Source: Dehalococcoidia bacterium (GTDB lineage: Bacteria > Chloroflexota > Dehalococcoidia > GIF9 > AB-539-J10). Taken from it: a stretch of 64,000 nt of DNA. Both the position numbers and the translations under genes were made by a program. Shown one piece after another: positions 56,431 to 64,000 of this stretch. The notes under the pieces are model-generated. The model worked only from the letters and a program-made list of their open reading frames with translations. It was not told where the DNA came from and did not search any database. Position 1 is the first letter of the stretch. Each line of letters opens with the position of its first letter. The stretch covers positions 32,001 through 96,000 of the forward strand of contig JAUWOR010000002.1 in NCBI GenBank assembly GCA_030612025.1, in the 5' to 3' direction.

Positions 56431-56892
56431 ATGATGTCTAAAATTGTGCGTACCATGGCCAGCCTCTTAATCCTTTTTGCCCTTATCTATGGCTTATATA
56501 TCATCATGCATGGTCACTTGACCCCCGGCGGTGGGTTTCAGGGAGGTGCTGTCTTTGCCTCCGGCATAGCCTTGCTCATTGTTGCTTTTGGCTCGGACAA
56601 AATTCACAAAAGTCTAAAGGAACACCATCTCTCTATCTTGGAAAGCAGTGGAGCACTAATATTCATCGGCTTAGCCTTTGGCGGCCTAGCCATCGTCTTC
56701 TTCTATAATTTCCTCGTTGGCTCCCCCATCTTCGGTCACATCCCTCCTTCTGGCCCTAACCCTGGAGATATATGGACTGCCGGGGTAATTCCTTTTATGA
56801 ACATAGCAGTAGGCTTAAAAGTCCTGGCCGGCTTGTCTGCCATCCTTCTGGTCATGGCTTTAGCCACCACCGTAATGGAGGTGGAAGAATGA
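56431..56892 (+). CDS. mbhF: Mrp-Mbh subunit F (MnhB-like)
   Basis: HGHLTPGGGFQGG motif. Confidence 0.88.
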   Translation: MMSKIVRTMASLLILFALIYGLYIIMHGHLTPGGGFQGGAVFASGIALLIVAFGSDKIHKSLKEHHLSILESSGALIFIGLAFGGLAIVFFYNFLVGSPIFGHIPPSGPNPGDIWTAGVIPFMNIAVGLKVLAGLSAILLVMALATTVMEVEE

Positions 56893-57245
56893 CACAAGGC
56901 ATTCCTTACAATGTTCCCTATTTGGCAGTAGCGGCATTAATAGGCATTGCCTTTTACATTATTATATCCCAGAGAAATCTGATAAAACTGGTAATGGGGC
57001 TCAGTATCCTGGCATCTGGCGTTAACCTATTCTTGATCACTTTGGGGTATAGGGAAGGTGGGGTGGCTCCCATTTACACCCACGCTCCTGCAGGGATTAT
57101 GGTGTTGCCCGTCCCTCAAGCTTTGACTCTCACCAGCATCGTTATTGCCGTAGCATGTTTGGCTTTGATGCTTTCCATGGTAATACACATTTATCGCCAC
57201 ACCGGGAGCACAGATTCAGAAAAATCTAGAATAATGAAAGGGTAA
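56889..57245 (+). CDS. mbhG: Mrp-Mbh subunit G (MnhC-like)
   Basis: NLIKLVMGL and PVPQALTLTSIVI motifs; ATG at 56889. Confidence 0.88.
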   Translation: MTQGIPYNVPYLAVAALIGIAFYIIISQRNLIKLVMGLSILASGVNLFLITLGYREGGVAPIYTHAPAGIMVLPVPQALTLTSIVIAVACLALMLSMVIHIYRHTGSTDSEKSRIMKG

Positions 57246-57251
57246 AGTAAA

Positions 57252-58817
57252 CTGGACACTCTAATAATTCACTCCCCCATCCTGATAATAGCCATTCCAC
57301 TGTTAGCAGCGTTTTTAACTCCTCTAATTGGCAGAGCCAGTGGAAAGGCTAGAGATGTCTTGGTAGTAGCCAGCCTGGCATTTGTAGAATTCTTGGTCAT
57401 AATTTTAGCCCGGGACATTTACCTCAACGGATTACATATCTACACCCTGGGAGCATCTTCCCCCGACCTTACCATCCCTGAAAATTATATCGTCCCGGTA
57501 CGCATAATCCTAGAAGTGGATAGCATGTCCATATTTATGGCCATAATAGCGGCCACTGTTTCCTTAGCCGCAGCTATATATTCCCTCTCCTTTATGAAAG
57601 GGGAGACAGGCCAGAATAGGTTTTACACTCTCTTGCTACTTTTGGTAGCGGGTATGTTTGGCATGGTGCTTACCGGTGACTTGTTCAACCTGTTTGTCTT
57701 CCTAGAAATAGCTTCTATTGCTGGGGCAGCATTGGTCGCTTTCAGAACCAAGTTTGCCGATACTGCAGAAGGCGGATTGAAATACATAGTTATCTCTACC
57801 GTTGCTGCCCTGATGGTTCTATTCGCTATAGGCATATTTTATGCCCAATATAACTTGCTCAATATAGGTGCTCTGGCCCATGTAATGCAATATACCATGT
57901 TGGATAAGATAGCCCTAGTCTTGTTAGCCATAGCATTTATGATGAAGCTAGCAAGTGTGCCCCTGCACATGTGGTGCCCCGATACTTATAGCGTTGCCCC
58001 GGCCAGTATAACCATTATGCTTGTAGTGGCAAGCTACGCCTGCCTGTACGCCCTTTTCCGGATATGCTTTACCCTGTATGGAGTTAGTCCAGACATGGTT
58101 ACGGTGGGGTGGATAGTGATAACCCTGGGGATGTTAACCATGTTCGTTGGAGTTACTATGGCTGTTTTCCAAACGGATATCAAGAGGTTGATGGCCTATC
58201 ATTGTATTTCCCAGACAGGATATATGCTGCTTGGAATAGGAGTCGGGCTTGCTGTTTTAAATCGCCCAGAAGCCCTAAACACTTACGGAATAGCCGCTAT
58301 GGATGGAGGGATTTTCCACATAATAAATAACGCCCTATACAAAGGACTCCTATTCCTAACTGCGGGGGCTTTATTCTACCGCACGGGCACCAGAGACCTT
58401 AACAGAATGGGTGGCTTAGCCCATAAGATGAAGTGGACTACTATATTCTATATCATCGGGGCTTTGTCCATCTCTGGTATCCCTCCTTTCAATGGATTTG
58501 CTTCAAAGTTATTAATTTACGAGTCTGTGTACCGTTTCAATCCCATCCTGGCTATAGTAGCCATGATAACATCGATCCTCACCCTAGCTTCCTTTACCAA
58601 AGCTTTCTACTCAGCATTCATGGGAGCAGGGCTCCCCGAATACCAGGAGGTAAAAGAGGTGCCAAAATCTATGATAGCCGGCATGGCTATCCTGGCTGCA
58701 GGCATTATCTTCTTTAGCCTCTTCCCCGGGCTTATTGTTGATTGGCTAGCTCACCCAGCTACTGAGGCACTGATAAATCAGGGAGCCTACATCAATGGAA
58801 TTATGGGAGGAGGATAG
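57252..58817 (+). CDS. mbhH: Mrp-Mbh subunit H (MnhD/NuoN-like antiporter subunit)
   Basis: GDLFNLFVFLE, K.ASVPLHMWCPD.Y, KRLMAY, YKGLLFL and GIPPFNGF.SK motifs. The in-frame N-terminal TM segment runs back to CTG 57252; start uncertain. Confidence 0.88.
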   Translation: MDTLIIHSPILIIAIPLLAAFLTPLIGRASGKARDVLVVASLAFVEFLVIILARDIYLNGLHIYTLGASSPDLTIPENYIVPVRIILEVDSMSIFMAIIAATVSLAAAIYSLSFMKGETGQNRFYTLLLLLVAGMFGMVLTGDLFNLFVFLEIASIAGAALVAFRTKFADTAEGGLKYIVISTVAALMVLFAIGIFYAQYNLLNIGALAHVMQYTMLDKIALVLLAIAFMMKLASVPLHMWCPDTYSVAPASITIMLVVASYACLYALFRICFTLYGVSPDMVTVGWIVITLGMLTMFVGVTMAVFQTDIKRLMAYHCISQTGYMLLGIGVGLAVLNRPEALNTYGIAAMDGGIFHIINNALYKGLLFLTAGALFYRTGTRDLNRMGGLAHKMKWTTIFYIIGALSISGIPPFNGFASKLLIYESVYRFNPILAIVAMITSILTLASFTKAFYSAFMGAGLPEYQEVKEVPKSMIAGMAILAAGIIFFSLFPGLIVDWLAHPATEALINQGAYINGIMGGG

Positions 58818-59162
58818 ATGTCAATTTTAGGACTTAGTTATTCTCCCTGGAGCCCAATCTTTTGGCTCCTTGCCTCTGTAGTTGTGATGATAATGGCTTA
58901 CTTTTTTAGGAGGCGCGGACAGAAAAAATATAAGAAAGATACTGAACAAACAAAGATCTTCTTATGCGGTGAAGAGGTACCTGAGGCAAAACAACGACAT
59001 ATAAGAGCCCACAATGTATACTGGGGGTTTTTTGAGACTATGAAAGAATACTATGACGCGAATATAAAAGCGCATACGGGAATAATAAATGATTATATAA
59101 TCTGGTTCCTAGTTCTTATAGCTATAAGCGCCATAATACTCTTTATCGTGGGGATAGTTTAA
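58818..59162 (+). CDS. mbhI: Mrp-Mbh subunit I
   Basis: FLCGEE and HTGIINDYIIW motifs; operon position. Confidence 0.78.
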   Translation: MSILGLSYSPWSPIFWLLASVVVMIMAYFFRRRGQKKYKKDTEQTKIFLCGEEVPEAKQRHIRAHNVYWGFFETMKEYYDANIKAHTGIINDYIIWFLVLIAISAIILFIVGIV

Positions 59163-59169
59163 ATAAGAA

Positions 59170-59198
59170 TGTCATTGCGAGCGAAGCGAAGCAATCTC
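59170..59198. repeat. REP-like half element (GTCATTGCGAGCGAAGCGAAGCAATCTC) inside the mbh operon
   Basis: Same family as 2067-2212. Confidence 0.7.
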
Positions 59199-59211
59199 AA
59201 CTGGAGCGCAT

Positions 59212-59643
59212 ATGAGCCTTAGCGCAATAAAGAGAGCACTTTGGATCTACCATATCAATACTGGCTCGTGCAACGGATGTGATATTGAAATCCTGGCCGC
59301 ACTCACCCCTAGGTATGACCTTGAACGTTTTGGTATGATGCTTGTTGGCTCACCTCGCCATGCTGATGTATTACTGGTGACCGGTCCAGTAGCAAGACAG
59401 ATGGCGCCGAGGCTCAAACGGGTATATGAGCAAACACCCGATCCCAAGGTGGTCATAGTAGTTGGCAGCTGTGGCTTGGAGGGAGGCGTATTCTACGAAT
59501 CCTATAATTTGGTGGGGCCGGTAGACCAACATATACCTGTGGACGTATATGTCCCCGGATGTCCCCCCAGACCCGAAGCTATTATAGAAGCTGTAGCTAA
59601 AGCCTGGGTAAAGCTTGAGAAAGCTGAGCAGCAGGTGGTATAG
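59212..59643 (+). CDS. mbhJ: Membrane-bound hydrogenase small subunit (NuoB-like)
   Basis: GSCNGCDIE, SPRHAD, GSCG and PGCPPRP motifs. Confidence 0.92.
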   Translation: MSLSAIKRALWIYHINTGSCNGCDIEILAALTPRYDLERFGMMLVGSPRHADVLLVTGPVARQMAPRLKRVYEQTPDPKVVIVVGSCGLEGGVFYESYNLVGPVDQHIPVDVYVPGCPPRPEAIIEAVAKAWVKLEKAEQQVV

Positions 59644-60177
59644 ATGGAAATACTGAGTCCTGAAGAAATAGTTGAGAGCTTTAAGGCTGCCCTGGGTAGC
59701 AGCTTTGTCGATTCAAAGATTTATCAAAGAGAGATTGCAGTCAAAAGGAATATCTTCACGTCGATTTGGATATATGTAAAGCGAGAGGCCTTTCGGCCGG
59801 CAGTAGACCTTATCGGCAGACTACAAGAATATCCTCATTTGTCCATAATCTCATCCTCCGACCTCGGGGATAGCGTCGAGTTGATATATCATTTCACAAT
59901 ATATTATGGGCAACACCTCAAAGAATTATCACTAGGACTATGCCTAAATCTACCAAAAAACGATCTTAAGATACCAACAATTACAGATATCATTCCTGGC
60001 GCGCTGTTTGCCGAGCGCGAAACTCAGGAGATGATGGGAGTAGAGGTGGTCGGCATACCAGATAACAGAAGATTGTTCCTGCCAGAGGATTTCCCCGAAG
60101 GTGTCTACCCCTGGAGAAAAGACGAGAAGGGACCACATGACCTGCTCAGGGTCCTACCGGGGAGGGAGAAGAAATGA
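59644..60177 (+). CDS. mbhK: Membrane-bound hydrogenase subunit K (NuoC-like)
   Basis: ELIYHF, IPTIT...GA..AERE..EMMGV...G.PD.RRLFLP and YPWRKD motifs. Confidence 0.88.
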   Translation: MEILSPEEIVESFKAALGSSFVDSKIYQREIAVKRNIFTSIWIYVKREAFRPAVDLIGRLQEYPHLSIISSSDLGDSVELIYHFTIYYGQHLKELSLGLCLNLPKNDLKIPTITDIIPGALFAERETQEMMGVEVVGIPDNRRLFLPEDFPEGVYPWRKDEKGPHDLLRVLPGREKK

Positions 60178-61427
60178 AGAACGAAGAGATGGAAACGACT
60201 TACACTATCCCTATAGGCCCAATTCACCCGGCACTGAAGGAACCTATCCGACTCGATCTTAAGGTCGATGGTGAAGAGATTGTAGATGTAGATGTTATTG
60301 TGGGGCAAGTTCACCGCGGCATCGAATGGCTGGGCATGAATAGAAATAACCCTATCCAGAACATATACCTAGCGGAACGAGTATGTGGCATCTGTTCTGC
60401 CAGTCACCCATTCGCATATGTTATGGCTGTTGAGCAAGCCGCTGGAATCACTCCGCCAGAACGCGCTGAGTATATCAGGGTAATCATTGCCGAAATAGAG
60501 CGAATACATTCACATCTATTATGGGCGGGAGTTGCCGCCCATGAGGTTGGCTTTGATTCGGTGTTTTATCTTGTCTGGCGCGTTAGAGAAAAGGTAATGG
60601 ATTTAACCGAATACCTGACGGGAAACCGAAACTCCAAGGCTATGTATCAAATTGGTGGAGTCAGAAGAGATATTACTGAGGAGCAATTTCCTCAGATTAG
60701 AAAAACTCTGGATTATTACCAGACCATATTCAACCAGTTGAAAACCGTGTTCTTAGATGATAGGACAATAAGGATGCGGACAAAGAATGTGGGTATCCTG
60801 AAAACCGAGGATGCCTTGAAACTGCTTGCATGTGGACCAACCGGTAGGGCAAGCGGGGTAACCAAGGATGTAAGACAAGACCAGGCTTATGGCGCATATG
60901 CTGATATGGATATCAACGCCATCACTCCAGACGTGCTTACCGGGACTGTAGTAGGCGATATATATGACAGAATCGTTGTTCGCTTGCTGGAAGTCAAGCA
61001 ATCCATGGAGATCATAGAGCGCTGCTTAGATGAAATACCACCTGGTGCCATACTGGCAGAGCCAAAGATGGCAAAGGTTTTAAATACACTGAAGAAAGCG
61101 GAAGGCGAAGGTGTCGGGCGACATGAAGCACCTAGAGGTGAATGCATACATTATGTTCGTTTGGAATCTGGCAGAGAAACACTGGCTGTCTGGAGGATAA
61201 GAGCCCCCACATATGTGAATCTTATGGCGGTGCCGACAATGCTCAAGGGGGCTCAGCTTGCTGATGTGCCAATAGTCTTTGCCTCTATCGACCCCTGTAT
61301 CTCATGCACCAACAGAGCTATCGTTGTGGACTTAAAAACGAAGAGGAAAACTTTGCTTATTGATGAGGAGTTGCACCAGCTCTGTGTGGAAAAAACGAGG
61401 AGGTTGAGTAATGAGCTGGCTAGGTAA
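60174..61427 (+). CDS. mbhL: Membrane-bound [NiFe]-hydrogenase large subunit (group 4d-like)
   Basis: GPIHPALKEP, HRGIE, L1 motif ERVCGIC and L2 motif DPCISCTNR with a C-terminal extension. Confidence 0.92.
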   Translation: MKNEEMETTYTIPIGPIHPALKEPIRLDLKVDGEEIVDVDVIVGQVHRGIEWLGMNRNNPIQNIYLAERVCGICSASHPFAYVMAVEQAAGITPPERAEYIRVIIAEIERIHSHLLWAGVAAHEVGFDSVFYLVWRVREKVMDLTEYLTGNRNSKAMYQIGGVRRDITEEQFPQIRKTLDYYQTIFNQLKTVFLDDRTIRMRTKNVGILKTEDALKLLACGPTGRASGVTKDVRQDQAYGAYADMDINAITPDVLTGTVVGDIYDRIVVRLLEVKQSMEIIERCLDEIPPGAILAEPKMAKVLNTLKKAEGEGVGRHEAPRGECIHYVRLESGRETLAVWRIRAPTYVNLMAVPTMLKGAQLADVPIVFASIDPCISCTNRAIVVDLKTKRKTLLIDEELHQLCVEKTRRLSNELAR

Positions 61428-62427
61428 TAGCTACTCCTTAACCATTGCAGCCATAATTGGCGGTTCAATTATTCTGGCCCTGCTCGGAGCCTTCTTCGGA
61501 TTGTTATACCGCGGTATAGACCGCAAGTTAGCAGCTCATATGCAAGGTAGGATAGGTCCCCCGATAATTCAGCCCTTCCGCGATGTCCGAAAGCTACTTA
61601 CCAAGGAAAGTATCATACCTGATGGAGGAGTCTCCTGGCTGTTCCAGGCTTGCCCCTTTATTGGCTTGGTGGCATCCATTTTATTGCTCACTTATATACC
61701 TGTATTTGGGCCGGGAGCGCTTTTAGAAGGCTATGGCGACTTGATATTAATACTATACCTGCTGATCATACCTTCCCTGGCACTGGTAGTAGGCGGCTTT
61801 GCCTCAAGTTCACCATTTGCCACTGTGGGAGCACAGCGTGAAATGGTCATCATGATGAGCTACGAATTCCCCCTGGCAGTGGCCATAATTGCTATTGCTT
61901 GGCGTATCAGTCATGTCACTGATATTAATCCGTTTATATTTTCTACCCTGGCCCAATATCCTATATGGAACCAGGTAGGCCCGGTGGGAGTGGTAGGATC
62001 ATTGATTTTGCTCTTTACTCTTTTAGTAGTTACGCCTGGAGAAGTGGCTAAGGTGCCATTCGACATAGCAGAAGCGGAAACCGAGATCGCTGGGGGATTA
62101 TTAGTAGAGTATTCAGGTAGAAACCTGGCTTTGTTTTACCTCGCCGATACAATAAAGGCCTTTGCCATGGTATCATTGGTAGTGGCTCTATTTTTCCCTT
62201 ACAACCTCTCCCCTGTAATTGGAATCGGAGCAGCTGCCCCCGCAGTCATCGTGGATGCCTTGTTCTTTTTGCTTAAAGTCTTCCTGGTAATGTTCATTAG
62301 TGTAATATTAATACGCACCGCAATGGCGCGGTTTAAGATAAGTCAGGCAAGCTACATTTATATCATGGCCATGACGCTCATAGGCCTCGTTGGTCTAATA
62401 TTGATTCATGTAGATATGATAGTGTGA
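61411..62427 (+). CDS. mbhM: Membrane-bound hydrogenase subunit M (NuoH-like)
   Basis: RKLAAHMQGRIGPP..QPF.D..KL..KE and PFDIAEAETEIAGG..VEYSG motifs. Confidence 0.9.
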   Translation: MSWLGNSYSLTIAAIIGGSIILALLGAFFGLLYRGIDRKLAAHMQGRIGPPIIQPFRDVRKLLTKESIIPDGGVSWLFQACPFIGLVASILLLTYIPVFGPGALLEGYGDLILILYLLIIPSLALVVGGFASSSPFATVGAQREMVIMMSYEFPLAVAIIAIAWRISHVTDINPFIFSTLAQYPIWNQVGPVGVVGSLILLFTLLVVTPGEVAKVPFDIAEAETEIAGGLLVEYSGRNLALFYLADTIKAFAMVSLVVALFFPYNLSPVIGIGAAAPAVIVDALFFLLKVFLVMFISVILIRTAMARFKISQASYIYIMAMTLIGLVGLILIHVDMIV

Positions 62428-62437
62428 GGCAAAAGAA

Positions 62438-62836
62438 ATGGAAATAGTTAAGGTACTGCTAAAGCAACTCTTTCAAACTCCGGCGACAAATAAATTCCCG
62501 ACAAAATATGCTCCCAAATCAACCATCAAATTCCTGGACAGGATTAAAAAGGGTGAATTGAAGCTAACGCCACCAATAGCAGTGCCACCTAAGTTTCGGG
62601 GGAAAATCTCATTCAACAGGGAAAAATGCACCGGATGCCAGTTGTGCATCAAGGTCTGCCCCACTAAAGCCATAGAATTTATACCCGAAGAAAAAAAGGT
62701 GAAAATATTCGTCGCCAGATGCTGCTTCTGTGCTCAATGCAACGACATCTGCCCAGTAGACGCGCTATCCATGACCGATGAGTTTATGCTCTCGAGCTAT
62801 GATAAATATGCCGACGAGCTTGTGGTAACGAAATAG
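62438..62836 (+). CDS. mbhN: Membrane-bound hydrogenase subunit N (2x[4Fe-4S], NuoI-like)
   Basis: PATNKFP, FRGK, CTGCQLCIKVCP and CCFCAQCNDICP motifs. Confidence 0.9.
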   Translation: MEIVKVLLKQLFQTPATNKFPTKYAPKSTIKFLDRIKKGELKLTPPIAVPPKFRGKISFNREKCTGCQLCIKVCPTKAIEFIPEEKKVKIFVARCCFCAQCNDICPVDALSMTDEFMLSSYDKYADELVVTK

Positions 62837-62846
62837 CTTACGCTAC

Positions 62847-63347
62847 TCATATTCCGAGCGTCATTATTTCACTTAGCCGTTTTTCTATGATGAGATTCGC
62901 CACACGATCCCCACTTCCTCGAATAATGCTCGACAATTCTGTGCCAAAATCCATCCTCTCAGGCTGAATCCCCACAAGTACTATATCCTTACAAAGGTCG
63001 CTTACATACAATATTAAGAAAGACAGTGCCATGCTGTGTGTTGAAAGATGCATAACTTCTATTTTCTCTGGCGGTATAATTCTATATGAACCTGGAGTTA
63101 ATCCCATCTCGGCAGCATCCACCAATATAAGTCTATCAGGATTATGCTTTCTAATAATTGAGGTGTAATTCTCTGGGGTTGTACCGCAATTTATGGCAAT
63201 GATTTTCCTTCTCGCCCCTATGAATTTGGCCTGTTCGGACCCCCTTTTAACCTCTTCAAGATATTTATCGATCCTTTCTACAATATAAATACCAATTCCA
63301 TCGTCGCCTTTTAATGTGTTGCCTATACCCAAGACTACTTCTTTCAT
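62847..63347 (-). CDS. hycI: Hydrogenase maturation endopeptidase (HycI-type)
   Basis: LGIGNTLKGDDGIG, GTTPEN, VDAA, STH and GIQP motifs. Confidence 0.87.
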   Translation of the reverse strand: MKEVVLGIGNTLKGDDGIGIYIVERIDKYLEEVKRGSEQAKFIGARRKIIAINCGTTPENYTSIIRKHNPDRLILVDAAEMGLTPGSYRIIPPEKIEVMHLSTHSMALSFLILYVSDLCKDIVLVGIQPERMDFGTELSSIIRGSGDRVANLIIEKRLSEIMTLGI

Positions 63348-63371
63348 GCTAACTGCTTAGCCACCCTTCTA

Positions 63372-63545
63372 TCACCCTGAGCCCTTCGCTTCCTGTCAGT
63401 CTGAGCCCTTCACTCCTTGTCATTCTGAGCGTAGCGAAGAATCTAATCCCTCTCAGGGTAAACTCCGCGAAGAATCTCACGGCGCTCAGGACAGGCTCCG
63501 TGAGGGGTCTCTGAGATTCTTCAGTCGTTACACTCCCTCATAACA
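63372..63545. repeat. Cluster of nested, degenerate REP-like palindromic elements
   Basis: Tandem tcaccctgagc / gtcagtctgagc / gtcattctgagcgtagcgaagaatct units with ctcaggg, gctcagga and gagattcttc counterparts. Confidence 0.75.
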
Positions 63546-63601
63546 TCAAACATTATACTGAAGGAGGCCCTCCACCTACAAGGAAAGCCTGAAAACTCTC
63601 T

Positions 63602-63631
63602 TTGACACTCGAAACTTGGCAATGCTACACT
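63602..63631 (+). promoter_or_regulatory. Sigma70 promoter of nadK (extended -10, near-leaderless)
   Basis: TTGACA-18bp-TACACT with a TGn extension, 10 bp before GTG 63642; no SD sequence. Confidence 0.55.
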
Positions 63632-63641
63632 TCCCTTACTT

Positions 63642-64000
63642 GTGAAGAGAGTTGGCATTCTATATCACCCTCGACTGGACAAAGCCCAAGATTTAGCTAT
63701 TAAGATAAAAGAGCTAGTATCAGCTCATGAAGTATCCTCGTGGCAGTGCTCGGCTTGGGATGAAGATAAAGCTAAACCTCAAGTGGCTGGCACAGATTTA
63801 ATCCTCAGCATTGGCGGTGATGGCACTATCCTCCACGCCGCTCGCACCGTAGCCCCTATAGGAGTGCCCATTTTGGGGGTAAATCTGGGCAGGCTGGGAT
63901 TTATTACTGAGCTGAATGGCGATGAGGTGTTATCAAATTTGCCCAGTTTGCTTGAAGGTAATGGCTGGGTTGAGGAGCGAGCCATGCTTGAAGCCCAGAT
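63642..64000 (+). CDS. nadK: NAD(+) kinase, 3'-truncated by the window edge
   Basis: Hand translation: VKRVGILYHP...SIGGDGTILHAAR...PILGVNLGRLGFITE. Missing from the ORF track because no stop lies in the window. Confidence 0.92.
   Translation, partial: MKRVGILYHPRLDKAQDLAIKIKELVSAHEVSSWQCSAWDEDKAKPQVAGTDLILSIGGDGTILHAARTVAPIGVPILGVNLGRLGFITELNGDEVLSNLPSLLEGNGWVEERAMLEAQ

Noticed and set aside
54773-62836. Complex I (nuo) or sulfane reductase MBS/MBX
   Set aside because: The large subunit retains both Ni-binding CxxC motifs and a maturation tail, and there is a single MnhD-like subunit, which fits Mbh.

Overview
64-kb chromosomal window from an anaerobic bacterium. The gene set and order (lysA-holB-ricT, HNH/dnaC-like/dnaD/dnaB/rplI/trxB, rpmF-fabD-nusB) suggest Dehalococcoidia (Chloroflexota); this is an inference. 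Energy metabolism dominates: (i) a two-component system followed by an NfnB/GltD-MvhD fusion, metV and metF; (ii) an archaeal-order A/V-type ATP synthase (H-I-K-E-C-F-A-B-D plus DUF61) whose rotor subunit has a Na+-binding signature; (iii) a large hdrD-hdrA-mvhD-hdrD-hdrL-hdrA-mvhDGA cluster with maturation protease and mobAB; (iv) a Cys-type formate dehydrogenase with a NuoF-GltD fusion and NuoE; (v) a complete 14-gene Thermococcales-style Mrp-Mbh [NiFe]-hydrogenase. The first 1.7 kb looks accessory: two unrelated genes are each followed by a degenerate ~80-bp repeat encoding the C-terminal tail of a type IIG restriction-modification/methyltransferase, which suggests a cassette array. Many small palindromic (REP/RPE-like) elements occur; some lie in frame inside genes or supply stop codons and RBSs. 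There are several gene remnants (fdhC, fdhA N-terminus, dehydratase activase, hydrogenase protease). I found no rRNA, tRNA, CRISPR array or transposase. All family assignments come from motif recognition, not database searches.
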